Translations under genes and position numbers: made by a program
The notes under the pieces: model-generated
Database searches by the model: none
Told to the model about the DNA's origin: nothing
The model's input: only the letters and a program-made list of their open reading frames with translations
Assembly (NCBI GenBank): GCA_036172245.1
Contig: JAYWIR010000005.1
Location: 4,960,001-5,024,000 of the forward strand
Reading direction: 5' to 3'
Origin: Raillietiella orientalis
Lineage: Eukaryota
DNA length: 64,000 nucleotides
Shown here: one piece after another, positions 36,891 to 48,533 of the stretch
How the letters are laid out: every line of letters begins with the position of its first letter
How positions within the stretch are numbered: the stretch's first letter is position 1

Positions 36891-38359
36891 GTAAGACAAC
36901 AAGATTGCTATTATCTGGGCGCTCGGCCTCCCCCACCCCTTTTCCTCCCAAAGACCCCGCCGCCCTGTTCGGAGCCGCCTTGGTCTCCAGGAAATCCCCT
37001 TCCGGTGGCGATAGCAGCCATTTCCGCACCTGCGGCCGCGGGATCCGAAACGATCTGGCTAGGTGGAGGAAAAGGGGGCGGGGAGGAGGAGGAGGCGGAG
37101 GCTGTTCGAACGGTTCCTGAAGGGGAGGTCTTCTCCATCCTCCCCCTTCTTCTACCGCACCGCCCCACGTGCTGCTACTGCTGCTCTACCGACGCTCGAA
37201 GTGCGAACCTCAGGAGAAAGGCCCCTATTGCTGATGGGAGAGATCAATTCGAGAACCACCTCCGGCTTCGTAGTGTCTTCGCTGACCTTGCTCGAAAGGG
37301 AGAGGGAGGGACCTGGTCTCAGGAAGCTGAAGGCCGCGAAGGGAACACCTTGCCTGTCTACTCCCATCCGACCTCAGAGGGACGTGAGCATTCCGGGGCG
37401 TGTGGCGGCTGACTTCCGATTTCCCTTCGTTCCAGGCGATAACATGTCTTCTGGAGGCTGCTCGATCGTCTTCCTCCTCTTCTCTTCTTCTCTCCTTCTC
37501 TCCTTATCCCCCCTACCACCATAGGGATGTCCTTTTCAGGAAGAGTGACCGCATCCCTCGTGTTTGAAGGAGCGGGAGAAGGGTCGTCTCGGCATGCGCT
37601 CTCGATGCGGGGATCGCAGAACCGTCCGGAACGTTCCCCCTCCCCCTTTTCCTGTTTCATTCTCTGGATGACGACGCGGCGGAGCGAAAGTGGCCGACGC
37701 GCTGACGCTCCTCCCGTGTGCTTCTGTGCTCTGGACTTTGAAGGAGGCCGGCCGACAGGGACTCTGGCGCGAGAAACGTGCTAGAAAGGTCGCTCCACGT
37801 GGGTTGGCGCCATCTCCTAACCCTCTTCTCGCAACTCGATAGCTCCCTCCTTTCCCGATGCGCCCGTCAGCCAGATCGGAACCCCGCAATGAGCACCAGT
37901 CAATGTCCTCCTCCCCGTCTCTTCCCGCCCTTCAGAATCTCAAGACGTCTCTTGCGTCGTCTGCAAAGGAGCGTCCGGACGCCCTCATTGCTGGGTTCTT
38001 ACCCGATCCGACACGCGGGGCGCACATCGGTCGCGGGACGGAGGGCCTGCTGTCTCTTCCGCTTGCAGAACAGGGAGAGAGGTCTCCTAATTCTCCGGTC
38101 CACCCTGCATCTGTCGGCGACGAGGTCGATCTCCCTTTCCGGCTGAAGGTTGACCTTCAGACTGAAAATCCCCTTTCTTGGGGGCCCCAATTCTCTTCAT
38201 GAAACCGCTGCGATGCCTCCCTCTCTTCTTTCAGGTCCATCCCTAGCATCCTCCTCCCTTTCCCCGCGATCTTCTGTCTGCCGAGAATTCCGGGAACATC
38301 TTCCCGTGCTCTTTTCTCCCCCTTCCCCTCTCTTCCCTCCTGCAGCCTGCGTCACCTGC

Positions 38360-38485
38360 TCGAAGCTTCCGATAGGCCCAGTCGCCTTGCTGGCGATCCA
38401 TTTCCGGTGACTTGAGGGCACCTGGGCTTGCATCTTGACCGGCGCTGAAGGGCTCGCATAGACGACTTCCAAGTAGTTTCTCTCT
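38360..38485 (-). mobile_element. Degenerate LINE reverse-transcriptase C-terminal remnant
   Basis: NYL/GSRL ... AYRKLR with a one-base slip, resembling FxYLGSxx...AFxKL. Confidence 0.35.
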
Positions 38486-39054
38486 CTTCCCCTCTTCCTC
38501 TTTAACCCTTTCTGCTGCTGCTGCGTCTCTTTGCCTCTTCTCGATCACGTCTCTGTTCCCTCAGTCGGCTCGGCGCCCGTTCACGCTGTTTCCGTGGTTC
38601 TGCGTCTGCGCCGTCAAGCTGGTCGCGGTTACCTCCGAACAAGGTGAGGAGGCACTCGCTCAGCTTTTGCCTGGTCCAGCGACATCGGGGGAGGAGAGCT
38701 CCGGATAGCCCGCTCAAATCCTCTCGAGGAGGTCGACTTCCTTATCTCCGAAAACTCCGCGCTCGGCGATCGCCATCTTTTGACCACTCTCCTGATTCAC
38801 GGCCGCATCTTCTCGAGCGCAGAAGGCGACACTCGGCCGAATCATCCCTTCCTCCCCTTCCTCCGCATGCTGAAGCGACCAGCTGGACGCTGGCCCCCCA
38901 GAGCCGTCACTCGCGCTCGTTCATCCAATCGGGAAGCTCCGTTTCTTTTGACTCTCCAGCAAACAACTGGAGAGTGCTAATCCGCTCCTTGGAAGCCACG
39001 TGAGGTAGGGCACGAACTGATTTTGTTGTACGAGTCTCTCCCCTTCCCCTCCCC

Positions 39055-39210
39055 CAAATCTCCCCAGTTGCTGCCCCGAAGTCCGCAACCTCTGATCTGA
39101 GAACCATTTCCTTGTCTCTCACAATCCGTCGATTTCGACTCAGTCGCCTTTTATGACTGAACGATGCGTTGCCAGGTGAACGTCCGATGCGTGTCCTCAT
39201 TTGCATCTTA
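39055..39210 (-). mobile_element. Degenerate RTE-like LINE remnant
   Basis: MRTRIGRSPGNASFSHKRRLSRNRRIVRDKEMVLRSEV...GEIW, resembling EIxxRIGxA..AF...R.I...K....RS.V....YG.E.W. Confidence 0.4.
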
Positions 39211-42119
39211 TTGGACAACACGTCGGCAGCGATTCGCAGCAGGGATCACAGGGGCTTATGTCTGAGGGTAGCGCACTCCCTGGTCCTTTTGCTCATCCAC
39301 CCATTCTCCGCACGGAGCCCAGCGTCGCCGCCGGGAGCTGCGGGTTTCGCTTCGCATCCCGCGCACCTCCGAGTTGCCCATCTGCCGCGCCTTCCTCACT
39401 TCGAACCCAGAAGGATATCTGCTGGGAGACGCGGCGAACTGCACCCTGCTTGCAGGATCAGCGCGTCCAGTCTTGTCGGAGGCGCACGGGGACGCTCCGT
39501 GGGCATCGGCGGGAACAGGCTGGAGTCAAATGCCCGCCAGCCGCTTTCCACTGCTGACACTCTGCCGGTTGAGTGCGCTGGAGTAGCGAGTGGGTCACTT
39601 CAAAGGGACTTTTCGAAAGGCGGAGGAACGCTGGCGATCCTGTGGGTTCCCTCGTGTCCGCCGGAGCTTTCCTTGCAGAAGCCGTCTGAGGTGGTCACGA
39701 AAAGGGAAAGCAGCACCTGGCCTCGTTCTTGGGAGACTCCGTGAGGAAAAATGCTGACTGGCCCGCCCTCGCCATCTTGCTCTCGGGAAAACAGACGCCA
39801 TCGATAATAACTTGTCGGGATGCCAGAAACTACGACCCTTCGGGAGAGCTGGAAATGTCAAGAATGGTGCGTGTCCACCAGCCAGCACGCGCGCGGGACA
39901 TCTGCTGGACTTGCTGCCTGGTGCTCCCTCTAAAAGAGACCAGGCGCAGACCTTGCAGTCCGGATCACCAGGAGACCACTGGACCGCAAGCTCGCCCTAC
40001 GTCTGAAATCAGGGAAGCAGGCTGGCGAATTCAGTCTCCGAAAAGGGAAGGGAGGTTCGGGTGTCCGAGCACAAGAGGCCGACTTGCTCTCTTAGTTCCA
40101 TCTCACGCTCCAGTCCCGACCGCGTGTGGGCCGGCAGGAGGAAGCGTCCAGACCTCACCGGGCAAGTGACTGGTACCTGCACGAAGCGGCTCCGAATCTT
40201 TTCCAACTTCTCCCCCCCTCTTCCTCCTCCTTCCATTCTTCGTGAATATAGGAGCACGCGAGACCCTCCCTCAGCCCGCGCCGTGTTTCGACCGGCACAT
40301 CGGCCGACTTGGAACCTTCCCTCCCTGAAGTCTCCTGAACCGAGAAACTCTTTTGATGAAAAGGAGAAGAGCAGAAGGACAATCGATACAGAAATTAAGT
40401 AGAGGAGAGGTCATTTGGGGCGAATGAACGAGACCGATTGGTCCCCCGAACAATGCTGAGGATCAGGAAAGATAATGCGGCACCATCCCATGGAGGGATG
40501 GCAATTCCAGAGCGGGCTCTCTGTCCTCTAGCGAGGCGGCGATTAGGTTTGAGGAAGAGAATTTTCGATGAGAGGAGAGTGCCAAGGACCATTCCAGAAA
40601 AAAGTCGAGACGCAAGTGCTCCGCAGCAGCAGCAGCCTTCATCCGGAAATCGAAAATTCTCTAAAGAAGCTTCGTTTCGAACCCCGATTTTTTTCTGCCG
40701 GGGCTGGATGGATCGGCAAGCCGGATGGGATGAAAAGTTGAGGGAGAGAGGAAGAGGCAGGGACGCGCACCCGCCGCGTTTCCTGAATGAAAAAAAAAAG
40801 AAAAAAATCGATGAAAGAGGAACTCAGGTGCTTTCAGGCGATAAGACAATGGGGGAATCGAGGGAGGTCATCTCGACGTGAGTTGCCATCCGGAAGCCGT
40901 TGATACTACTAGTCGAGGTGAACTCATCTTCGCCAGGTCGTTGGTAAAGCAGCCCCGCGGACCGATTCTATGCGGGGGTGGTGCTCTACGCCCATATCGA
41001 GATCGGTTCACGTTCCGTCGAGTGGAGCCACCTGGCTGAAAGTGAAAATCGAAATTTGCCGAGTCTTTCCGGTTCCCCCCCCCCCTCTTCCTTGAGTTCC
41101 TAAGAGTTATCGGGATGATATCTGATACACGCGATGACGTTTCGAACCTTCTCCTCTCGAATCGTTCCTTCCACGAGAGTGGAATACGACTGTGCTGCGA
41201 GGAGGTGATCCAATGTGACAACTTCCGAACATCCCTCCTCCTATGTGAATTCTTGAAACCCAAGCTGCATTTCTTCCTCATCGGTTGAAACTAATCGAAG
41301 CTTAATGAGGACGAAGGACGGCAATTCGTATTTTCTCCCCCCCATCTTCCCATCCGGCAAGAAAAAAAAAAAAAAATAGTGCGACGGGCTGGAAACGTCG
41401 CCTGCGATAATTTGTACAGTAAAATTCAGGACTCTCAAGTCATTCCCGGAACTTACTCCTGACTATGTGAGTCCTAAAGCTCCGTCCTGAGATCCAAGAG
41501 ATTCATCCAATTTGAGTCGTTTTAATTTGTTTTTTTTTTTCCCGCTTATTTGATCGAGAACATTATCTGTTCCCGATTCCCACACGAATTCTTTATGTTC
41601 CTCGGTGAAGAACTTCAGCATGAGGATCTCCAAGATTTCCTGATTATTAAGTAGGATGATTTCCCTGAGATGATGATGATGATGATATTATTCAATACTC
41701 CCGAGCTGAGGATGGGAGTTCTTAACGCACTGGCAGAATTTGTAAAGACCTGGTCAATGTCCTTTTCTATGGACCCAGTAGGTATCACGGCTATATTGGA
41801 TGCTGTGAGCGGTCATCGGTATGTCTGCAGGATCTCCCGTTCTCTCACCTTCTCTCCATTTTGGATCCTAGAGAGTCAAATACTAGGTATCCAGTGGTCA
41901 CCAGAAAGTCCCCTGTTGATAGGGAGACCGGGGGGTCTTTGCATGTGGTCTGACTTATTTCTTGAGCACTTCCGAACCCGCATTCATGCTCTCGAGGCGG
42001 TAGTCAACGTCTTCTCTCCTTGCGCGGTACCAAACTTTCATGGAGACGAGAATTCACTCCGGAAGTGACCTTGCCACATGAAACCAATTCCCAGCTCCTT
42101 TCAATTGTCGTCTTCAATC

Positions 42120-42330
42120 AGTGAAGTAGTGAACCGTGTCGCTCAAAGTACCGGAGAGGGCGCCATAAACAGCAGTTTGGCATTTGAGGCGACGTCTAAT
42201 CTTAAACTCGACATCATTTGCACCTGCGATCCTGTTTCTGGTGTACAATCCCTCCGGTAGGGAAGGCATAGATGAAAATCGGATGTATTCCTCTCCCGAA
42301 TGGGGACCTTGACTCCAGTTCCTATGCAAC
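42120..42330 (-). mobile_element. Degenerate LINE remnant
   Basis: YTRNRIAGANDVEFKIRRRLKCQTAVYGAL, resembling YLGSxIxxxNDxxxEIRRRxxxAxxAFGxL. Confidence 0.45.
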
Positions 42331-42596
42331 CCAGAGCACGGCCCGTCTTTTCTCTGGTTTTTCTGATCTTCTGTATCTGACGGCGCTGAAGGTCACGAAC
42401 TCTTGACGCAAGCCTCCTCCTCTCGGTCGAATCGGCCGTGTTGCTGCCAGAGGCAGTCGGTGGCTCTCCAACTTTAAATGTTTGGTTTGTTACCCATGCA
42501 CCCGTGGCGCTTGTCTGTCCAAATTTCTTAGTTCCCTGCCGTTTCTTTGAGACTGAATACTTAGAATATCGTATGCAGTAGAATCATCCATTGGAT

Positions 42597-42800
42597 TCTT
42601 ACCTGGGACATCTTGGAAGAACCGAGGGAAGACCTGTGCAGTCGAGTGTCCAGACAACGGCGAGACCTTGCAGCCGTGCAACGGCAGTCTCAAGCTGGAG
42701 CTCCTGGCAGGGAGGCGAAAACTCCAGGCCTGCAGGAGATGTTCGCGAGCGTGACAGAAAAAGGGAGGCAACTCTTGCAAGAGTGGGTGCACCACGGGAG
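42597..42800 (+). mobile_element. Possible degenerate RTE-like LINE 3' remnant
   Basis: YLGHLGRTEGRP motif (compare YLGHxxR). Little else is recognisable. Confidence 0.3.
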
Positions 42801-45232
42801 TTCGAACTTCAACGGTGCAGACGTCCCTTGCCCCTTCACTCGCCGAGAACCGCGCCCAACCCTTCGCCCGCAACGGCGAAGCCAGGCAACTCGAGAAAGC
42901 TGTGGAAGCTGCGAGAAAAAGTCTCGCCCGCACATTTCTCGATGCGTTTCCGAGTTCCTGAAGTCTTCCTTCCTCCTGAAACCTCCATTGGTAGCGCACA
43001 CCAGTCAAAGGCTGATGTGTTGATTCCGGCCGCGAGATTTTACTGATCTCTTTTCCTTCCGTTCTGATGGCCGTCTGGGGCTCGTGGACACTTCGGAACA
43101 TCCGGTCTGATTCTTGCAAGGGGCGCATCCCCTTTTCTGATTCTCCTGATAGCTGGGCTGCAATCAAGATCACGATCCGCTTCCGACACTGAAAACAGCT
43201 GGGCACAGAAGTGCTTGGGGCTAGTCAGCTGACTCGCGTTTTTCCTCTTTAATGAGCGTGCCCCGGTCAAGGAAATTCTCCTCTCGTAGGCGAACATATA
43301 GATGGAAGAAAGGATAGAGCATAAAGGTCAAGGCTATCCCTTTGACCTCTAAATCCAGTGAGTGCGAAGGCAGACTCTTAAGCAGACTGTTTGCTTAGAG
43401 ACTGAGGATCCTCGAGCTTTTTTGAGATCCTGTCGGCAGCTGAAACGGAGAGATGCAAATTTCTGTTGTCACGGAAATGGCGTGTGCCTACCGAAGTGAG
43501 AAGAAGGATGAATTTTTCAGCAGCAAAAAAGATGGTGGAGTGAGAGAGCAGAAATGAGCCTGTCTTCCACGAAACGAAATAGAATTTCAAGAATGAATAA
43601 ATAAATAAATGAAAAGGAGCCGAGAAAAGTCTCGAAAACGAGATATTTGAGCGACTAGATGTCAGAAATCCCCACGAACAGGAAAGACGCAGCTTTATGA
43701 AGATGTGAGTATTCGTGGTCATGGAAACGTACAGATTTCGATGGGACTACGAGGTAGTAACGCTGGTCTATCGGACGAAGACGAAGAGGATGATGAAAGC
43801 ATTCCCCCCCTCATTCCCAAAACCTTTCAGTGCTCCTACTATTTTTAACAATAGGTTTGTCGTTAGTGGGACGCATTTGCCAAAGTCGGAGCGGATGCCC
43901 TACGGAAAAAGCAGCTTCTCGTGTTAGCGCTCCCCGTGCAAAACGAAATCCTTAAATGGAACGAAGCAAAACGCAACGGAAAGAAGAACCCTGCCACCCC
44001 CTTCACGAAGAAAATGCTCGTAGGACAAAGTAGCGCTCCTCAACGTGTGCGAAATCCACGAGGAATCTTGGAACTTTTCATCACACTCAAGCTGGAGGAG
44101 GTTCCCATGCCTGCCACTTGACCTTGTTGTGAGAAAGAGAAAACGCTGAGCCCAGAGAGCTAAGTTCTTCCGAAAGCCAAAGCCACTCCTGGACATTTCT
44201 GGCGGTCGCTCGTTTCGAAAACAGATGTAGGAGCAGCAAAAGACATCCACCGGAGGAACTAAGGGATACACCTGCTGATGAAAGCACCATGTTGAATCAT
44301 CCCAAGTGGGCATCCAAACACAAAGCTTCAGCCAAACAAAAGATTTCTGCTCTCTGCCTGCTGCATGGCCGAGGGCAGGCGAAGAGCGAATCAGATACAA
44401 TTTTCGAGCTGGTTTGCCCTCTGCCCTCTCTTTCGGCTTGGCAGAGTCGATGGCCCGATCTGTTGGTGAAAGTTTGAAGCGAAGAAAGTCTCATGCGTTC
44501 TTTTGGACTCGAGGAACGGAGCTTTTCTCGATGATATTTTCAGTTGCATCGAGAAATTAGAGAGAAGGAACCGAGCAATGCATCTTGCCGTCTGGTGATT
44601 CCTAGAGAAATTGCCCATTCCCCATTTTTCTCTGCCTGCCTCCATGGTTCCGCCATCCCGCATTCCTCCCTCCCCCTCTTCCGCCCTCGCTTCGGAAAAC
44701 AGGGATTATGAACCCACTTTACGAATTTCGATCCAGAAAATCGAGGAAGCCAGCATGATTAAGTTTCTGCAAATGCCACTGCCATTGAGGGTTCATCATC
44801 CAAAGTATTCTTAAATGATTCCTGGGACGCAGAGAAATTTGATGCCTATTAACACTTTAGAAACCCATCAAGTGGCATCGAGTTAAAGAACAAAGCCCTT
44901 TGGGAAGTCATAAGGTTGTCGGTAGCAACCGTTTCATCACCATCTTGCTAGGACGAGGGCTGCTTTCGAATAGTGGCTGATTCCCCATCGTCGTCGCAAA
45001 GTTGGGTATTGCTTTCCGTTTGAAAAATCTTCCGGATACACTTGTATACCCCCGTTGATCTTGAGTCTCACTGATTAATGAGTTCTGCCGATGAAATTCC
45101 ATTTTTGAGTATCCATTCAACTCAAAACCACTTTTCCTCCGAAAGGAGAACGTTGTGAATCGCAGTCTGTTGAACGTGTTTCTGAAGAAGAACCCCTACG
45201 AGTGACGATGACGTCGCGTTACCCTCTGTCTA

Positions 45233-45301
45233 GCAATTCTTGAAACCTCGTTTTTTGCCTTACCAGCAGTGAGTAGAAAAAGCAATTGTATCATTCTGCC
45301 C
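45233..45301 (+). repeat. 69-bp duplicate of the KCNQ exon F 3' end plus donor site (source 48498-48566), flanked by a 12-bp direct repeat
   Basis: 66/69 identical to 48498-48566. ccctctgtctag occurs at 45222-45233 and 45299-45310. Confidence 0.95.
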
Positions 45302-46669
45302 TCTGTCTAGGGCTGATTTCGAGACGGCTTCGTTAAAACTTCCTTCTTTGTGGATTGTCTTTTATTTTTTGGTTCCTCTGCCTAGGATGCATTGGATCTT
45401 GAAGTTCCACTTGAGTTCATAGCAGGCCAAGTTTCGGCATGGACTTTGCCACTTGAGAGTTGGAAATTCATTTTGGTTTGCACTTGCTGCACGTTTTCAA
45501 TTGCATTGGGCATTTCGGTTGAACCAGTGCTTAACGTTGCTTTTCTTCATTACAAGAACAGGAGACAACACAGTGCTTTTGTGTGCTAGCCTGATAGGAA
45601 GCTCTCTCCAACTTCTTATCGAGCTGCACCTTGCTCTGCACTCCTCAGAAGTGTGCAAAGCTCTCTGTCTGACGCAACCGAACGCGGAAGTCGGCTCCCG
45701 GATAGCTACCATTCTTCAGCTAATCCTTTCCGATAGAAAGAAAAAGGTTAGCTTATTCCCTCATTTCTGCAACAGTGCTGTGTAAATAAACTTTTGATTA
45801 TGCACCCACTGAGTAGAACTCTTCCTGAACAGCAGTGTCGTCTCCCGAAAGGAGGGAGCATGTCTTTCCGGGCTGTGGGTACCGATATTTCCTATGAGCG
45901 ACCGCCGCTTTTCTATCACAAATTTTCATCATTCCATTTTGCCGTGGAGGGTAGGCGCAAAGGCACAGAAGTGCCAGCGTCTCCCCACCATCATCCTCTA
46001 AAGCCGAAGCTTAAACTTGTTTCATCAAGAAGCGCTACGCTGCTCAAGCGAGAACCCGATAAATTGTAGGATGACAAATTGATACATTCTGTTGGTACAC
46101 TCCATTCATTATGTAAAGCAAACTGTCAAATGAATTCAGTGGAGTGTACAGTGGATTTCCTAACGAAAACGGATGCCTTTCTCTCAAACGGCAGGAGTGC
46201 TTTAGGCAAGGCCTATGTTTATTATCTGAAAATCACCAAAAGCAGCTTCCATGTTCCGCATTCATCGCTGGCGTTTCGATTTGTAAGAGAGAGAACCGCT
46301 GTAGCTTTTCGGGTTGCAGCAGCAAACAAGACAATATTTCATCTTCTCTTTTCCTCTGAAACAACGACAACCAAAAAAACAAACAAACAAACAGAAAAGA
46401 TAGCTCTGAAAATAATTTAATTTCATTGGAAATCTCCAGTCTGTTTTTCTCAGAGGGTAGTAAATGAATACTGAAGCACCCAAAATGAGTCTGAGGTGCA
46501 AAAAAAAAAAAAAACATTACCAGCCGTGGGGCATGAATGCAGCCCTCATTAATTTCAAGTGCTCATCTTGAGCGAGAAGCCTAAGAGATGCTCGCATCAG
46601 CTAGACGCGTTGTCTGATGTAACCAAGCGAGGGGATGGAATGAGTGAAGTTTATAGAGACCAGAGAATC

Positions 46670-46945
46670 GTGGATCTCTGATACCAGTCGGATTCTTCCG
46701 CGCTCCCTACTGTTAGAAAATGGCCGGCAACATTTCCTCCCGTGACCATTCAAGAGCTGTGCTGATCTTCGTCTTAGAGACGGCATTAAAGTAAGGATGG
46801 CAGGATGCCTGCCATCTTGTCATAAGTTCATTGCCGGGACCCCTCTGATATGAGCAAGAAGAATTTATTGCCACTCGTTCGCTAAATTGCAGGACTGACA
46901 GGCAGCTCTTTTTGTCGGTTGCGATGGGTAATACCAAGAGAAATC
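46670..46945 (-). mobile_element. Possible degenerate RTE-like LINE 3' remnant
   Basis: LGITHRNRQK ... LEWSRE ... RERGR in order across frameshifts (compare LGITLRDRxRN...LEWxPR...RxRGRP). Confidence 0.35.
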
Positions 46946-47153
46946 TGTTGATTCTTCCGGCCAGAAAGTCCCCGATAAGAAGACAAATCCGGAAGCTTCC
47001 AACGTGAGCGCGAATTCCGTAGGTTTTCGGAAGTGTGTGTGGGGGGGAGGGGGGATCTCCCTCCCTCCCGGAGATGAGTGTCGTTTGTATTCATTGCCAA
47101 ATTCACCATTCGATCTAGAGAGGCATCCTTTATCCCCTCTTCCCCTCTCTCAG

Positions 47154-47329
47154 ACATGGTCATCATCGTCGCTTCTCTGGTCGTTCTGGCCTTGGGATCG
47201 GGAGAACCCATGTTTGCTGCATCAGCACTGAGAGGCCTGAGGTTTTTTCAAATTTTGCGAATGGTGAGAATGGACAGAAGAGGAGGAACGTGGAAGCTGT
47301 TGGGATCGGTCGTGTACGCTCACAGACAG
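47154..47329 (+). CDS. KCNQ: KCNQ coding exon D (S3-S4, S4-S5 linker)
   Basis: (D)[58 protein letters not shown]. Long pyrimidine tract plus cag acceptor, donor gtgagg; phase 1/0. Confidence 0.97.
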
Positions 47330-47504
47330 GTGAGGCTCTCTTGCGGGTCAGCTTCCCCCTCCTTCCAGCTACGCTTTCCGCTCCCACGAGCGGGAAGGTT
47401 GCCTCCCACCACGCATCCACGCAGCCCGCACGCTCGGTTTGCGGATCTGCTCTTCCTCTGGCTCGCGTCCCGTGTCTCGGCTGCAAAGAGCCCCTATTTT
47501 TCAG

Positions 47505-47633
47505 GAACTCATAACCACGCTGTACATCGGATTCCTGGGACTCATCTTTTCGTCTTTCCTGGTGTTTCTTGCAGAGAAGGATTCCAACCCCGAGTCATTC
47601 TCCAACTTCGCCGATGCGCTGTGGTGGGGAATT
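47505..47633 (+). CDS. KCNQ: KCNQ coding exon E (S5, turret, pore helix)
   Basis: [43 protein letters not shown]. Acceptor tttttcag, donor gtaagt; phase 0/0. Confidence 0.97.
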
Positions 47634-48422
47634 GTAAGTTCGCCTCTCCTAATGCATCTCTGCTCGGCAGCTAACTTTACAAGGGGCCGTGTCGAAGGAA
47701 AAACTTTGATCGTTGGCTATCTGATGATGGAAGCGTTGCCGAGAGAAATTTTCCATTCGGAAACGCATCCAAGTAACAGATATAGATTGTCGTGACTAGT
47801 CCTCCTTTTCTGGTGTGTTCGTTGGATTTTGCCTTTCCCGCTTCTCGCGGCTGGACCCTCGCTTCATTGCCTCCCTGTGCTCAAATCGCTGACGGCACGA
47901 TCGTGGCATCTTTAACTGACACTTCTTAATTTCGTCACATTTTCTCCCTCCCCTTTTGAGAGCTTCCATGGTGCACGGTGGCGGGTGCCGTCCCATCATG
48001 CTGGCCGCTAACGGCGAATCCCCGGTGAGGACATTGAGAGTGTACGGTCTGTACGTTCGAAACGCATTTTATGCTTGTCGAAACGAACAAATGAATGAAA
48101 TAGATTTCCGATCAGCTCATGTACGAGTGGTCGTTACCCGTCGGTTGATGCGGGACGCAACGTTTATTGAAGCGGGGGATTCCATGCCGGCTCATAAGTA
48201 AGGACGCTCTCACTTCCTTGTGCACCCGGAAGCAGCACCTAACACCGTGGAAGTCCATCCTTTGATTCTTTGAATTTTCGTTGGGAATTTCGCCGTTCGA
48301 AAGACGGCAACGAGGAGATCGCCGCTTGATCCGCCCGTAGAAGCGAGCATGAATTAAGGGAATCAGATCTATTGCGTTCTCTCTTGAGAAAATGGTCCTT
48401 AACGAATTAAGTTTCCTTTCAG

Positions 48423-48533
48423 ATAACTCTGTGCACTGTCGGTTACGGAGACACCGTGCCCAAGACGTGGCCAGGAAAATTGATCGCATCTGGCTGTGCA
48501 ATTCTTGGAATCTCGTTTTTTGCCTTACCAGCA
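48423..48533 (+). CDS. KCNQ: KCNQ coding exon F (selectivity filter, S6)
   Basis: [37 protein letters not shown]. Acceptor tttcctttcag, donor gtgagt; phase 0/0. Confidence 0.97.

Noticed and set aside
34400..41000. Many overlapping 100-250 aa ORFs on both strands (also at 4500-8000 and 60000-64000)
   Set aside because: Arg/Pro/Ser/Gly-rich translations in all six frames are expected from high GC content. Only 36808-36890 has real homology.
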